Source: Chrysomallon squamiferum (taxonomy: Eukaryota > Animalia > Mollusca). From it: 64,000 bases of DNA. The position numbers were made by a program, and so were the translations under genes. Below the pieces are notes generated by a model. It saw only the letters and a program-made list of their open reading frames with translations. It searched no databases and was not told the origin of the DNA. The stretch covers positions 6,138,001 to 6,202,000 of the forward strand of contig CM022671.1 in assembly GCA_012295275.1 (NCBI GenBank). Direction: 5' to 3'. Positions 1-13,599 of the stretch are shown in pieces (the first letter of the stretch is position 1; each line of letters opens with the position of its first letter).

Positions 1-142
1 AAACAGATCAAATTATTTTCTAGCACGTGCTACACTTCTGTGATAAGACCTCAAACTGGTGTTTCGCGAGATAAAATCTCTAAATGAGAATATTTTTCCG
101 ATTCTAACTTTTTTTTTATTTATTTATTAATGACTGTAGTAC

Positions 143-260
143 GTTTATCCTATCAGCGGGAAGGTGTGAATAAAACGTTCTTTACTGCTAAATGAATACG
201 AGTAGCCCGTCGTGCTACGTTGTCGGGTTTCTTCTCTCTCTCTCTCTTTTTGTGTGGGTT
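143..260 (+). mobile_element. Meta-type SINE core fragment
   Basis: tatcctatcagcgggaaggtgtgaataaaacgttctttactgctaaatgaatacgagtagcccg...cgggtttcttctctc aligns with the 16465-16685 copy. Confidence 0.6.
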
Positions 261-624
261 TTCCGTAAACTTACGTGTAACGTCGAAAGAAACCGAAGAT
301 TAAGAAATAGCAGGGTTGATGTTTAATGGAAAACTTTTTACTGTTAGTTTTGATAATTACCTCAGGTTCCGCTTCGCCCAGTTTTCTGTCTATATCTGAA
401 AAATATTTCTTTACTGTAAACCTTGTGTTAAATACAACCGATCATTTCTACATGACAAATATTAAATAAAAAGTAAAACAGGTAAAGAAGATTATATAAA
501 TACGTATATCTGAGTACGTACGGGTATATATATTTGTGTTCTGTGTTCATACGTTTGTATGTAGGTGTGTTTTTATGTGTCTGTGTATATGTTTGTTTGT
601 ACGTGTCTACCTATAATAATGTTT

Positions 625-659
<35 letters not shown>

Positions 660-758
660 TATGTACAAATTAATGTAATTGTATAATTAAAATTAAAATG
701 TATTTGAACGTCTGTGTGGTTGTGTACCTGCGAGTGTGTGTATATGTGTCTGTGTGTA

Positions 759-808
<50 letters not shown>

Positions 809-1884
809 AAAATGTGTGTATGTGTTTAAAATATAATATATACGAACCTCATTTGTTGTTTTTGTGTTGTGTGTGTGTATGTGTGTGTGAAAATGTGTGT
901 ATCTGTTTAAAATATAATATATACGAACCTCTGTTGTTGTTGTTTTTGTGTGCGTATACGTATGGCTTTCTGTGTGTGCTGCGTGCGTGATACACAAAGT
1001 CACACAAGTATTGTATTACGCAATACAACGTCGTCAATGCATACGTCTTCTCTGCTCTGAATATGCTGCAACTATTGAAATCTGTGACCTGAAGGATTAA
1101 ACAAGAACGTAGATGATAAAGATTTAAGAATCTACAGTGACGCATATGAGTCTATTTTTAAAACCTTTCTTTAAGTGAACACAAGAAAAAATGTATTAAT
1201 TTTATCTAAACAGCGCTCTGCTTAGCTGTGCTGGTGAATATATTCTAGTTCAGAGAAAAAAAAAAAAAATAAATAAAAAGAGAAGACGAAGAAAAGTAAA
1301 TACAATAATAATACATAGTTTATATTTTGTCGTACGTGCGTGACTTATATGTGCAATCAAACGTAGAAATGCATCCACGCACACACAGACACACATACAA
1401 CACACACGCACATATATACACACACAAACAGATACACACAGACATACACAGACACAGAACACACACACAGACACAAAAAAGGCATATAATCCAAAACAAT
1501 TATTAAAAACAAAATAAAACAATAAAAATAAAATAAAATAAAATATAAAAATGTTTATTTATTTATTTATTTATTTTGTTGTTGTTGTTGTTTTGACTTC
1601 TTCTTAGCGTCTTCCTGTAATTCGTTTCATTTATTTACTTTTTTTAATTTATTATTTTATCTGATTTTTGCAGCATATAAAAATAATAATACTTACCTAC
1701 TTCGCCGAATTATTTTTCAACATGATTATAATGATACTGATGATTATTACAATATTAATGATGATGATGATTATGATGATGACTATCACATAATGATGAC
1801 ATCAGCTAATCGGTTAACAGCAAAACATATTGTGCACACTCACAAGATAAAAAAACAACAACTTTATCATGACTTTAACAAAGG

Positions 1885-1995
1885 TAGACTGCAACTCATG
1901 GTTAGATAGCTTGTCTGAAATGCGTCAGGTCGCTGGATCTTCCCTCTCAGCTTGCCCACTGCGTTATTTTCCCACTCCAACAAGTGCTCTCAAGC
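1885..1995 (+). mobile_element. tRNA-derived SINE head (Meta-type family), decayed
   Basis: A-box-like gactgcaactcatggttagatagc and B-box-like ggatc, followed by cccactgcgttattttcccactccaacaagtgctc, which leads into the Meta core. Confidence 0.55.
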
Positions 1996-2110
1996 TTACT
2001 TCTCCATGTGCGAAGGTGATTATAAATAGAAACAAACAAAACAACAACAAAAAATAGACTGGTAGCAACACATTTTTTTATTTTTTTATTTATTTATTAA
2101 TCTGATTGAA

Positions 2111-2181
2111 ACACCATGGGGGATTTGATCGTGCGACACTTAGCTTATTAGACAAGCGATCTACTACAGAGTTACAGTCTA
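2111..2181 (-). mobile_element. tRNA-derived SINE head, inverted relative to 1885-1995
   Basis: The reverse complement tagactgtaactctgtagtagatcgcttgtct...gtcgcacgatcaaatcccc aligns with tagactgcaactcatggttagatagcttgtct...gtcgctggatc. Confidence 0.5.
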
Positions 2182-2809
2182 TATTTTCAACAATAATAAA
2201 TAAACAAACAAACAAGCAAATAAATAAATAAATGAACGAACGAACAAATGAACAGACGAACAAACAAACAAATAAATAAATAAAAATGAAAGAAGATAAC
2301 AAAAACATCGTACCTTATCTAAATGTCGTTACCTTGACATAAAACACGTGTTGAATTACATTAATCGTGTTCACAAGCTGGATGATATTTGAGACCCCCT
2401 CCTGTTCATAAATGTTTAAAATATTCATTTTTATCGATGGTGGAAGTTTTAAATTGTGTGCCATATGCACACAAAGAAAAATCCTGTTAACCCCTTGATC
2501 GTCGAAAATTTATCGTTCAACATTTGAAATGTCCAAAAAGGAAGAAGATAAGAAGCGAAGCAAGGAAGTACAAGCGAACCAATCAACATCAAATAAACAC
2601 CAAAGACGAATACAACGTCCATCGTGACAGCACTTTCAGTACAAAAGATACTCAAGAACAAATTTATGATCTAATAATGGGTAGCCACAGCTACCCTAGA
2701 ATATTTTATTCATATACCTACAGATATCCGATGACTTCTAATAATGAGCAGCCTTTCATAAAAAAAAAAAAAAAAAAAAAAACAAATAATAACAATCAGA
2801 ATAAACAGA

Positions 2810-2852
<43 letters not shown>

Positions 2853-3021
2853 AATAAAATGTAAACAAAAAATTAGTGGTAACGCAAATTATTTAATGCT
2901 GAATTACTACTTATAATTTATATGTTTACTTATTACTGTACGGGTCGAAGAAAATTTTAAAAGTAAACCTCGTTATGCTGGCTGTTAGAAGTGAAGAAAT
3001 GAAGTCAAGTAATTGACCGCT

Positions 3022-3143
3022 GAATATCGTCTTCCTGCTCAATGTCGTCTGCCTGCTCAATGTCGGATGTCTGCTCAATGTATTCCTGCTCAATGTCGTA
3101 TGCCTGCTCAATGTCGCCTGTCTGCTCACTGTCGGTTGTCTGC
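3022..3143. repeat. 18-bp minisatellite (~6-7 copies, one 15-bp copy)
   Basis: Unit gtctgcctgctcaatgtc; all unit lengths are multiples of 3. Confidence 0.85.
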
Positions 3144-3251
3144 TTTAGTTCAAGGGAAAAGAAAACGTCTGTGGGAAATAAAAAAATAAAAAATTTAAAT
3201 AATTTGTTTAAAGATGAAGACGAGTAAAACAACAACAATAATATCAACTAC

Positions 3252-3295
<44 letters not shown>

Positions 3296-3747
3296 CAGCA
3301 CTAGTAGTAGTAGTTCTAGTAGCCAGAATACGTATAATGAAGTATTAATAAATACAACAAAATATCAACAATTAAATGTGAATAAATCCTCTAGAAGAAT
3401 CGAATTGAGATACAGTCTAGACATCGACACCAGACGTGACGTCACAAGGCGTCATTCTCTGCTGACTTTTTATGTTATCAATATTTCTAGCCAAAATTGA
3501 AATATATAAAATGCATATAAGTACTACTCCAATGAAATATATTACGAAGAAAATTAAAATACAGTGAGGAAAATTTGAGAATTAAAATTCACGTCTAGTA
3601 CAAAACAGTCTGGTTGGTTCTTAAATAACTACGACTTAAAAAATGAAAACTAGAAAAAGACGTATTAAAACTGATTGTTAAAAGTGAAATATAAAAATAT
3701 TAGATAAAATTCAGTTAGCAACAGTAAGATAAAGGAATGAAATGGAG

Positions 3748-3880
3748 GTTTCAACGAGTACAGACGTTTCAATGAATACAGACGTTTCAACGAGTGCAGA
3801 CGTTTCGACGACTAAGACGTTTCAACGAATACAGACGTTTCAACGAGTGCAGACGTTTCACCGTGAACAGTCGTTTCAAT
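3748..3880. repeat. 18-bp minisatellite (~7 copies)
   Basis: Unit tttcaacgagtacagacg; one 17-bp copy. Confidence 0.85.
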
Positions 3881-4541
3881 ATGTTCACTGTTCGCCTTAT
3901 TCAGTACATCAAAACTAACAATACCTAAAAAATAAAGAAATAAACTTAATCTTGTTTACCACAGCGTCTGAATTTTTCCTTCTTCTAACAACGAATATTT
4001 TCACGTCCAAAAAACATATCACATAACATTTACGTGACATAAGAAAACCTGTTCGAACCGGTCTGTCTGACAAAACACGTGACCAGCTGCAGAGTGCAGC
4101 AGACGTTACAGCTAGAGTGAAATTTGCATTAGCTACAATCAATCTACAACTGCGTTGAATCGCTACAATAAAACATAAAAAAAACAAAAAAAAAAAAAAA
4201 AAAAAAACACAGGATCTAGTCAAGTATAGCAAGACTCACGATTTCCATCCTCACAGCTGAGTACGCTAAGACCCAGAAAAACTTCAGCTGAACGCCGCGA
4301 TCAGAGAACCAGACGATAATAAAAAGAAATAAATAAATAAATAAGAAAGCAAACGTGAACTGCGTGTCTACACAACGATTTCGCCGTTTGCTAGTCTCTC
4401 TCTCTCTGTCTCTCTGCAGTGGATTACTGAGAACGGGCGACTTGGTACGCGAACTGTTAGTCGGACATGTTATGTGGAAAATGTGTCCAGTCAGTTCTAG
4501 AAATAAACATTGCTGAAGAAAGATTGTCGTTGAAAAACTTT

Positions 4542-4623
<82 letters not shown>

Positions 4624-5439
4624 ATCAGTTGTCAAGAAGAAAATATGAGAAAATACATTTTTCTTAAGCAGATGTTAATTTTACGCTGCTGATTTTTATT
4701 TGTAGGTCAAAGCACAACGAGTTCGTGTTAGTTCTAGCAGCATCATTTTAATTTTTTTTTTTTTTTTTTTTTTTAAGTGTCTTGTTTACGTAACACATCG
4801 AGACACGACTTTGTTATTTTATTTCTATTAATAAAGAATAAGGAGAGAAAACATGTTAATAATTCAGCGCAGATATTCAGCTTTTCTGTAACACTGTATC
4901 GATTTTATTCTCTGTCGGTTTCCGCAACAGCTTCACACAACAGTTTTGAATCTATCTTACTTTTTTTATTTTTTTATTTTTTTATATATAATTTTTTTAA
5001 ATGCAATATTTATCTTAACTCTTAAATAAATGGCCTCGCTTCCTGGTGGCATTTTGCCAGAGTTTGTGTAGCTGATGTTATTTTGTAGACGCTTGTGTTC
5101 TTCGACAACTGCTTGCTGTTTTGCCGCTGCAAATAATTGCCGTTTGCTGACGTAGGTGTGTTTTATAATAGTTTGCTGACGTTATCAGAGATTGTATTGG
5201 TAAAAAAAAAGGAGTAATTTTTAATATTTATCTCTCACACACACAAGAAAAGTCGAAATAAATTTGAAATTCGCAGCATTCACAAAGGATTTTTTTTTTT
5301 TTTTTTTAAAGTATTTAATTTTTTAATTTACGTAAATATTTTTAACCTCACCGAGATACAAGAAAGATATTCAGTCATGTGGATGTTTCGCTTTCTAGCA
5401 ATCACTTTGCTGACTTGCCCGATGGCTACGTGCTATCAA

Positions 5440-5560
5440 AACGACGAGTATTTGGATTCATCACGCAAAGGGGACCTGGCGGGTTGACTGCGGGTTACCC
5501 TGGAGACGAGCGACCGAACTTCCCGCGGACGTAGCGCGCATGTCTGGTTTATTTCAGCGT
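5440..5560. promoter_or_regulatory. CpG-rich island with an RFX X-box-like site (GTTACCCTGGAGAC, 5494-5507); candidate promoter
   Basis: Local GC/CpG enrichment in an AT-rich background; a 14-bp imperfect palindrome resembling GTTnCCnnGGnRAC; a minus-strand donor TCG|GTGAGG at ~5351. Confidence 0.35.
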
Positions 5561-7009
5561 CTGTGACACGTTTCTCTCTCTCACTGGTGCTTTGTTAAAA
5601 AGTACAGCAGAGACTGAAAACGTAAAAAGTAAAAGATGACTAAAAATAGCTCTCGTTCTTCGTCTTGTTCGATATATTTTATTAATCGTCTGGCGGAGGA
5701 GAATCGTTTTAAAGTAATTTTGTGTGTTCTGTGTACGGTTCACACACTTCTGTGTCATTCCAGCTGTGCAGAACGTTGATGTGGCTTTTGTCTTACAGAC
5801 TTTTTTTTACAAATAGAAATAAACGTTTCTACCACAACCGTCTCTCGTTTTGTGTTCGTGTTTTTCTTCTTTGACAACTACTACTACTGCTACTTCATCA
5901 TTATCGCCTTCTTTATTTAAGATAGACAGATATGTAGATAGACTGAAAACATATAGACAGGTACGTCCATCCATCCATCCATCTACAGATAGATAGACAG
6001 ATACACAGATAGATACATAGACAGACAGACAAATAGAAGAGAGACATACACTCATACAGATAGATATATAGATAGATAGATAGACTGATATATATATAGA
6101 CAGACTGATAGATAAATAAATATTACGCATTGTCAAATATTTGACATTTAATAAATAACCACGTTTGATGTATTTTTGAACTAGCATTCATTTTTGTTTT
6201 TATTTTTCTCTTTATTTTCATTTTTAACGTTGATCTCGCTTTCTCTAGACTGAATAGATGGGTAACACAACAACAACAATATTTAGCTCTGAAATACACG
6301 TAGATACAGAAAACTGTTAATTCTCAAACGAATGAATATATAGCCTCATTTCACGTCGTGACAGGAAAATATCCTCCTTCAAAGACGGCTTTTGTCAAAC
6401 AATGGGTCTGTATTGTGCACATTATGAAAAGAAATTCCACATCAAGAAACAACAAAACCCACAAATCTTGTTAAACCAATCGCTGAATTCAGCATTGATT
6501 AGATACTGTGTACACAGATGAATCACACAAAGAAATATTTCCATTTGTCATGTGTTTATGACAATAAACACTTCTGAAAGATCGAATATAAATTGCTATT
6601 TCTCCTGTGTTCACCTCTGCGTGCACTTTAACAAGACAATGACGTCATCTCATTGATACATTCCGAGAGTTTATCACGAACTATTTACAGTATATCAATA
6701 CACAAGAGATCGTGCTGGAATTATATTTCAGGCGGCGGAAATCGTTTGTGAGAATAATGCCGGTTTATCTTGATAAGACACAGAACGACAGAATGTAAAG
6801 TCATCAGTGAAATAATAATACTTATTATTTATCAATGTTAGAAGAAACAGATAGGTGAATGCGTCCTTAAAATGGTGGACAATAATTTAAAACAGCTTTT
6901 ATTCTGAAATGTTGAATACTAGTTTGTCCACAGTGTATTGCTTCTTTCTTTGCCTATTACGCACACACACACACACATACGCACACACACACACGTGCAT
7001 GTCGTAAGT

Positions 7010-7235
7010 TTCACTTGATATAACTGTTGCTGTTTCATTAAGCAATCAAATAATCAAATAATAGTTGAATTTTACAACATATGGACTGTGATAAATATTC
7101 TGCCAATAATTCGTGAAAACGTAAACACAAAAAATCTTAGATGTGTTATCAGAAGATTCAAAATATTTAATGTAATTTATTTCGTCCTGGAAACATGATT
7201 TCCAACAATATTTATACAGCATTCATGAACTCGCC
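7010..7235 (+). repeat. Unclassified dispersed repeat; inverted copy at ~10945-11175
   Basis: taatttatttcgtcctggaaacatgat..tttatacagcatt is the reverse complement of aatgttgtataaa..atcatgtttccaggacaaaataaatta. The flanking caataat.cgtgaaaac and gatataac motifs also match. Confidence 0.65.
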
Positions 7236-8220
7236 TAATTTATTATTTTAATAACATTTCGATGTTATCGCTAAAGTTATTTCAGTATCAGCATGCATAT
7301 ACATGTATGCCTTTACGTGTTAAGTCATGCATGCATTAGAACAAAAAGAACACAAGTAACTCAACAGATATACCTACAATACATGAATATAAATATTAAT
7401 TTATTCATGCGTGTATATAACAACTCGAATATATACATTTACATATAGATACATACAAATATCTGAACACATATACACACACACACACATCAATATATAT
7501 CAACAAAGATAGCTACACATATAATACAAGTTACAAGCTACATATTAAATAACAAAAAGGAATGTCAGTATAATCTTATTACTGTGAAAAGCACAAAACA
7601 AATAAAACTCATTCGGCTGCAAAACGTTCGCGGATTACATTTACTTTGGCGTAATGCCAAGTTAATAACCTTGACAGGACGAATAGTGAAAAATAGCGAA
7701 GTTGCTCACGTGATTCATATCACGCTATTTTTCCGTGACCTCGTGCATGTAAGAGCGGAAGATGTTTATAACTTAGAAATAATAACATGGATTTAGGGTG
7801 TTTTTTATTTTAATATTGATATCGTCTTCGTTTGTAGTCTTTTTTCTTTATCAAAACTTGATTTGATGCGCAGACTGAAAGTGATTAACTATTGCTTCAT
7901 GGTGACAAATCTAATTAGTTGTAAAACCTCGGCAAATTCAATAGTAAATGACCACAGAAATTTCATTAATTATGCAAAATGGCTGACATCCTAGTCATTT
8001 TTTTTTTTTTTTTTTCCCCTTCGTTGTTGTAATTTATGTTTTCTGCTTAGGCTGTAAGCATTTCTACAAATAAGTTCTTCATTTCTAGAAATAATTTTTT
8101 GGGTGTGTGGTGGGGTTGGAGATACATGTAATAAAATTTATGAAGTCTATTTTTGGTGGGGCTTTTTTAATTATTATTTTTGTTCTTACATTTACGTGTT
8201 TCAGTAGTGTGTGTGTATGC

Positions 8221-8276
<56 letters not shown>

Positions 8277-8335
8277 TCGCGAGCAACACGATGTACATAC
8301 TTGAAAATTACAGCCAGAAAACAACATGCGTACGT

Positions 8336-8413
<78 letters not shown>

Positions 8414-10369
8414 GATGCCAACAATGATACTAAATACCTTTTTCACGCAGTCCTATTTCCAGTGTCTGATTTGTGTCTGTTGTTCTTCAACTCGGTTATT
8501 TTCTGTCTCTTCCGTCTGGAAAACAGTAAACACTGGGATACGACAGTTTAGAACACAACACCAGCCTATGCTCGAAATAGCTATTGTCACTTCTGCCAAC
8601 TTAAAGAAAACAAGAAAATTTATATACACACACATATATATATATGAAAAGAATATAAAATGTCTACGAAGAGCTATAACTTGAGGATTTGTTAGGTTAA
8701 TATATCTATTTATAGAACATCAAGTGGTCATTTTAATAAATGTCAAATCAATATTCTAAGTAACAGTTAAGTTAACGCAGTCAGCCGGTACAACCGTAAA
8801 ACAGCAAAATGAATGAAAAAATAAATAAATAAATATGTAAGTAAATAAGTAAGTAAATATGTAACTAACTAACTAAATAAATAAATAAATTCAACCGCAT
8901 AAATACATATTTCCGTACACTTTACATACTGATTCATTCTCAGAAATATTTCCAAAAAATAAAATAAAAAATGATGCAAATAGAAACAAATAGAAACTCA
9001 CGCGCGCATTAATACACGGATCTTGATGCATGCATACACACATACATACGTAAGAGATGCAGACTGTTTATTGTTACTGCGTGCTATTTTGAGACGTTTT
9101 CTTGCGAAACTAGCCGAAGTTACTATATCTGAAAATGATTTCATGCTGGGCGAGCCGATTTGGCAAGTGTCCAACACTTCTCGTGATATCAGTTTTTTTA
9201 CGATTAATTAATTCGAATAACGCCGCATGCTTAATGCCAGCTGAAAACTAATAATAATAATAATAATATTAATAATAATAATATCTTGATAACATTTTCA
9301 CATTTTCCTTCTTTAAAAATAAAATAAGAAAGAAAGAAAGGACAGGAAAGAAGAAATAATAACAAAACATTAAAATTATTAAGGTGGCTGATGCAATGTA
9401 CACGTATAAACTGCGCTATATATAGAAACTGCTTAGTCACACAATCTCTATTACGATTGTTTTGTTGGGTTGCTTTTCTTTCTGTTTTTTTTGTTTTTTT
9501 TTTTGTCTTTTTTATTTTTTTTTTTTTTTGTCTTAGTTTGTATGTGACTTAGATCAATATCGAGCTTCTTATTTGAGAACTTGGAACACGAATGAGAGCT
9601 TCGATTCATCTGGAAGAAAAGAAAACACGGAGTAACCCCGTTAATGGTTTAAACGTCTGCCATTTTGTCTCGTTTTCCAGTGTTTCGGTTTAAACAAATA
9701 CACGTTTGTTTCCTTTGTGTGTTTGCTGATTACACAGGCACTGCGTGCTGGCGATCGAACACGTTCATAAACGCTGTTTCGAAACAAAAATGGCCGACTT
9801 TGAAAAGCATTCTAGGATATTTATTTTTAATTAAATATTGTATGTATATTAATAGGTTCGTGTTAGTGTGAATAATTAATTGTCTCTGTGTGTATGTGTC
9901 TAATTTTAGAAAACCATAGCGAAATCACGTTCGTAGTGTAATTAATTAATGGTTTTATGATGCATGCACACACACACACACATACTAAATATTCAGACAT
10001 CCTTACACCACATACAAAATATTTATTTGAACTGGTATATTTTAAATATTTCGTTGAAAGATCTCCAGACACACAAACGGTGCAAGTAAGTTATGGTTTC
10101 GCTGTGTTAATATATAATGTTTTTACTAAATAAATAAACTGTAATATTATTTACACTTATTATTTACATGCTGGACGTGAATTTTCACTGTGTATACAGA
10201 TTTAAAAACGTGTTTTGTCAGAATTTTCTGTCACAGTAAGAGATTTATGATGGACGTTTATTTGGGTTTTTTTAGCGTTGATCCTGTTTTAAGAATGCCG
10301 TTTCCAAAAGACATTTTAGGATTCAGGGAATAAGAATATTTGATGTGAAATATGCGTGCATGTATATAT

Positions 10370-10502
10370 TTTAGGGGTTGAATATTCTCTGTCTTATATA
10401 CGTCCAAACAGACTCTGCAGATAGACTATTCTAGAACATGTGGCACCCTATCGCCCGCACTGCGAACGCCTACGACGTCAACGATCGGCCATTACGGCAA
10501 CC
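10370..10502 (-). mobile_element. SINE-B copy with an internal deletion
   Basis: The reverse complement reads ggttgccgtaatggccgatcgttgacgtcgtaggcgttcgcagtgcgggcga...catgttc / aatagtctatctgcagagtctg...ataagacagagaatattcaacccctaa. Confidence 0.65.
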
Positions 10503-10944
10503 TATGTATGTATGTATGTATGTATGTATATATGTATGTACGTATGTATGCGTATTTATGGAAGTACGTATACATTTATGGAAGTATGTATATATGTAAA
10601 TGTGTATATATGTGTTTGTGTGCGTGTGTTTGAATACGTGTTTGCATGTATAAATGCTTGTGTGTAATATTTGTGTCTATGTATATATCTGTAATCGAAT
10701 ATTTATATAGCTGTATGTATGTGAATAACAACACGTATTATAATGAATTATGTGTTTGCATTCTCTAGAGTGTATTTGTGAATTTTATAACTAGAAATTA
10801 AAATGTTAGGGCACATAAATTATATGGACATGTATTGCAATACATTAAACTAAATTTCACGTTAAATATGGAAATGTTATTCAAATAAAAAAAATAATAA
10901 ATGTGAATTCTAAATTAGAAGAAACGGTGTACAATTACTGTTTT

Positions 10945-11175
10945 CCATGAATTCTTAATGTTGTATAAACCTTATTAGAGATCATGTTTCCAGGACAAAA
11001 TAAATTATATTAACTATGTTCGCTTCTCCGGTTTTCGAATATCCTGGTAACTCCTTTCTTTTTTACGTTAGTTTTCACGCATTATTGAAAAAGTGTTGTA
11101 TAATATTAAACATTATTTCATGGTTTGATATGCTTTTGTATATATTGTAGATGCAGCTGTTATATCAGTTGTATG
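10945..11175 (-). repeat. Second copy of the dispersed repeat at 7010-7235
   Basis: See 7010-7235. Confidence 0.65.
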
Positions 11176-11498
11176 CGTGTGTGTGTGCGTGTTGTATCTA
11201 TACAACTATGAAATTAATGATGATGATGATAATAAGAAAAAGAACAAGAATAAGAAAAAGAACAACAACAACAGTAATAAATAAATAAACAAGTAAATAA
11301 AACAAATAAGCAAACAAATAAGAGATACAGTGAGAGAGGAAATATGCAGTCAGTGCTTTGAAAACAAAAATAAATTTAAATTTTGAAATATTTTTACAAT
11401 GCAAACCTTTCTGACAGTCGAGCCTCTCGTAAATTTCCTTTCAGTTCTCACAAATATAATATGATAATAAAAGGTAGAATAGTTTAACAAACGTGTAG

Positions 11499-11559
<61 letters not shown>

Positions 11560-11689
11560 TAATAATAATAATAACACTGTAGTAAATTGAACGGTATTTC
11601 TAAAAATAGTTAATTTTTTTTATATTTTTTTAATGTCTGAAGGATTATTTATTTATTTATTTATTTATTTCTGACCATTACTGAATTAC

Positions 11690-12700
11690 CTAAAAGGTAA
11701 ACGTTTGTGCCCAAATTTTTAATCTGTTTATATCGCAGAAAGACAGAGCAACTAGAAAACCTTTTCATATCTCGATTACTTAGGTGACATTCTTATGATT
11801 ATGATAATTTAAAACTTAAAGCCACAATATCAGATCTGACTGTAGATATTAAGGATGTAACAAATTACAAAGGCACACAGTTTGAGAAAACAAACTACTT
11901 AGATTATAAAGTATTTTTCAAACCCACGGACACCCACCAACTGCTGCATTACAAATCATTTCATCCCCATCATACATTTAAAGATATCGTTAAATCTCAA
12001 GTCATTAGGTTCCACAGAAATTCAAGAAAGAAAATTTTAATAATGCCTGTTCAGTTCTATTTTGTGCTCTGAAATCGAGAGGTTACTCAAAACGAGTTCT
12101 AATGAAAATTAAATCTGAAACCGTCATAGATTTAGAAAAAACATTGAATCCAAAAGACACCATTAAACCATATAAAAAGTCCAGACTTATATTTCTCTTC
12201 ACTTTGGAACCGGATCTACAGTTATCTTTAAAAAAAAAATAAAAAACAGATGTAGGCTTCATGACGTAATAAAATTTCTGCGTCTACGATCAGTTGCGAC
12301 CAAACCAAAACTGAATATCAGATCAGAACTAAGCTAGACTGTGATTCAAAAAATCTTGTGTATTTGATCAAGTACAACTTAAGTAAAATAATTTTAAAAA
12401 TATGTCGATCAAACACAAAATGTTTTACGAGTTAGAACTGTTTGTCACAGATACGATATTAGGCATGATGTTGACATTCCTGTTGCCAAACATTTTAATG
12501 TACTTGACCCTATATTGGAAGATCATTTTGAAATAATCCCAATAGAGCAAACATCAATTTTCTGATCAAAAGCTGAAACAAACCTTTTGAATCTTGAACG
12601 AGAAGTGTTTATGGATTCGCAAGTTACAAACACAAAAACCATTTGGAATAAATGTTGAAATGGACAAATGCAAAGAAAGAGATATAAAATAATTTTCCTT
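11690..12700 (+). mobile_element. Degenerate Penelope-like retroelement (RT C-terminal half + GIY-YIG endonuclease)
   Basis: Manual translation gives a GKR..P motif (~11696), YLGDILMI (decayed YxDD), LDYKVFFKPTDTHQLLHYKSFHPHHTFKDIVKSQVIRFHRNS (PLE thumb), then CDSKNLVYLI..YVDQTQNVLRVR..H...IPVAKHFN...IIPIEQ...IRKLQTQKPFGIN (GIY-YIG). Multiple stops and frameshifts. Confidence 0.9.
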
Positions 12701-13404
12701 ATACTTTACAATCCACGCAACGTTGAGATTGGTAAAATCATGAAAGACATGTTTTTGAAATGTTGCAAGTTTTTTTTGTTTTTTTTGTACAGATTTTGCG
12801 AAAGGATACCTTCTAAATAGTTTATTTATTTATTTATTTATTTATTTATCATCATCATTATCAACAGAGTAGTCTTCAGAAAAAAGCATAAAAGAAAAAA
12901 AAAAGCTGGACATATGTAAAACGTATTTCGGCTGCTGGTTCTTATCCAAATGTTCGCCGTCGCTGAGATAAAAATGAAAATAAACATTGTGTTCACCTAG
13001 TGATAGCTGAATAAAATGTCTCTATGCGTGTCTGTCTGTAATTCTGTGTGTATGTCAGTTTAGTAAGTAACGGTATGTTTTTGGTGTAGAAATGATAATT
13101 TTTTTTGTTTTTTTTTTAATAAATCAAACGCAGCTTTCCGTGGTAACTTTTTAAACATTGTAATCTAATCTGACTGAACGTTCATCACAATCTGTCATAA
13201 CAAAAATTATTTTTTATTTACACATTTCTCTTTTTTTATGTCTTTATTTTTATTTCATTTTATTTTATTTTATTTTATTTTATTTTATTTTATTTTATTT
13301 TATTTTACTGATTTAGTGTCTTTTTTAAAACAATTTGTGCAGTATTACGAATTTTATTATACATTTTTTGGATTTTAAATGCACTCATATATCAGTCAAT
13401 ACAT

Positions 13405-13456
<52 letters not shown>

Positions 13457-13460
13457 ACAT

Positions 13461-13599
<139 letters not shown>

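Larger units (their letters stand above)
361..3168 (-). other. Speculative spliced gene: candidate exons 3168-3018, 1088-1045, 395-361
   Basis: Each block has a pyrimidine-rich CAG acceptor and a GT donor, and the phases join into one open frame. One donor (GTCAAT) is weak and no homology is recognised. Confidence 0.25.

Noticed and set aside
5377-5487. 36-aa plus-strand ORF with a signal-peptide-like start (MWMFRFLAITLLTCPMATC...)
   Set aside because: Too short, with no recognisable mature peptide; not supportable without expression data.
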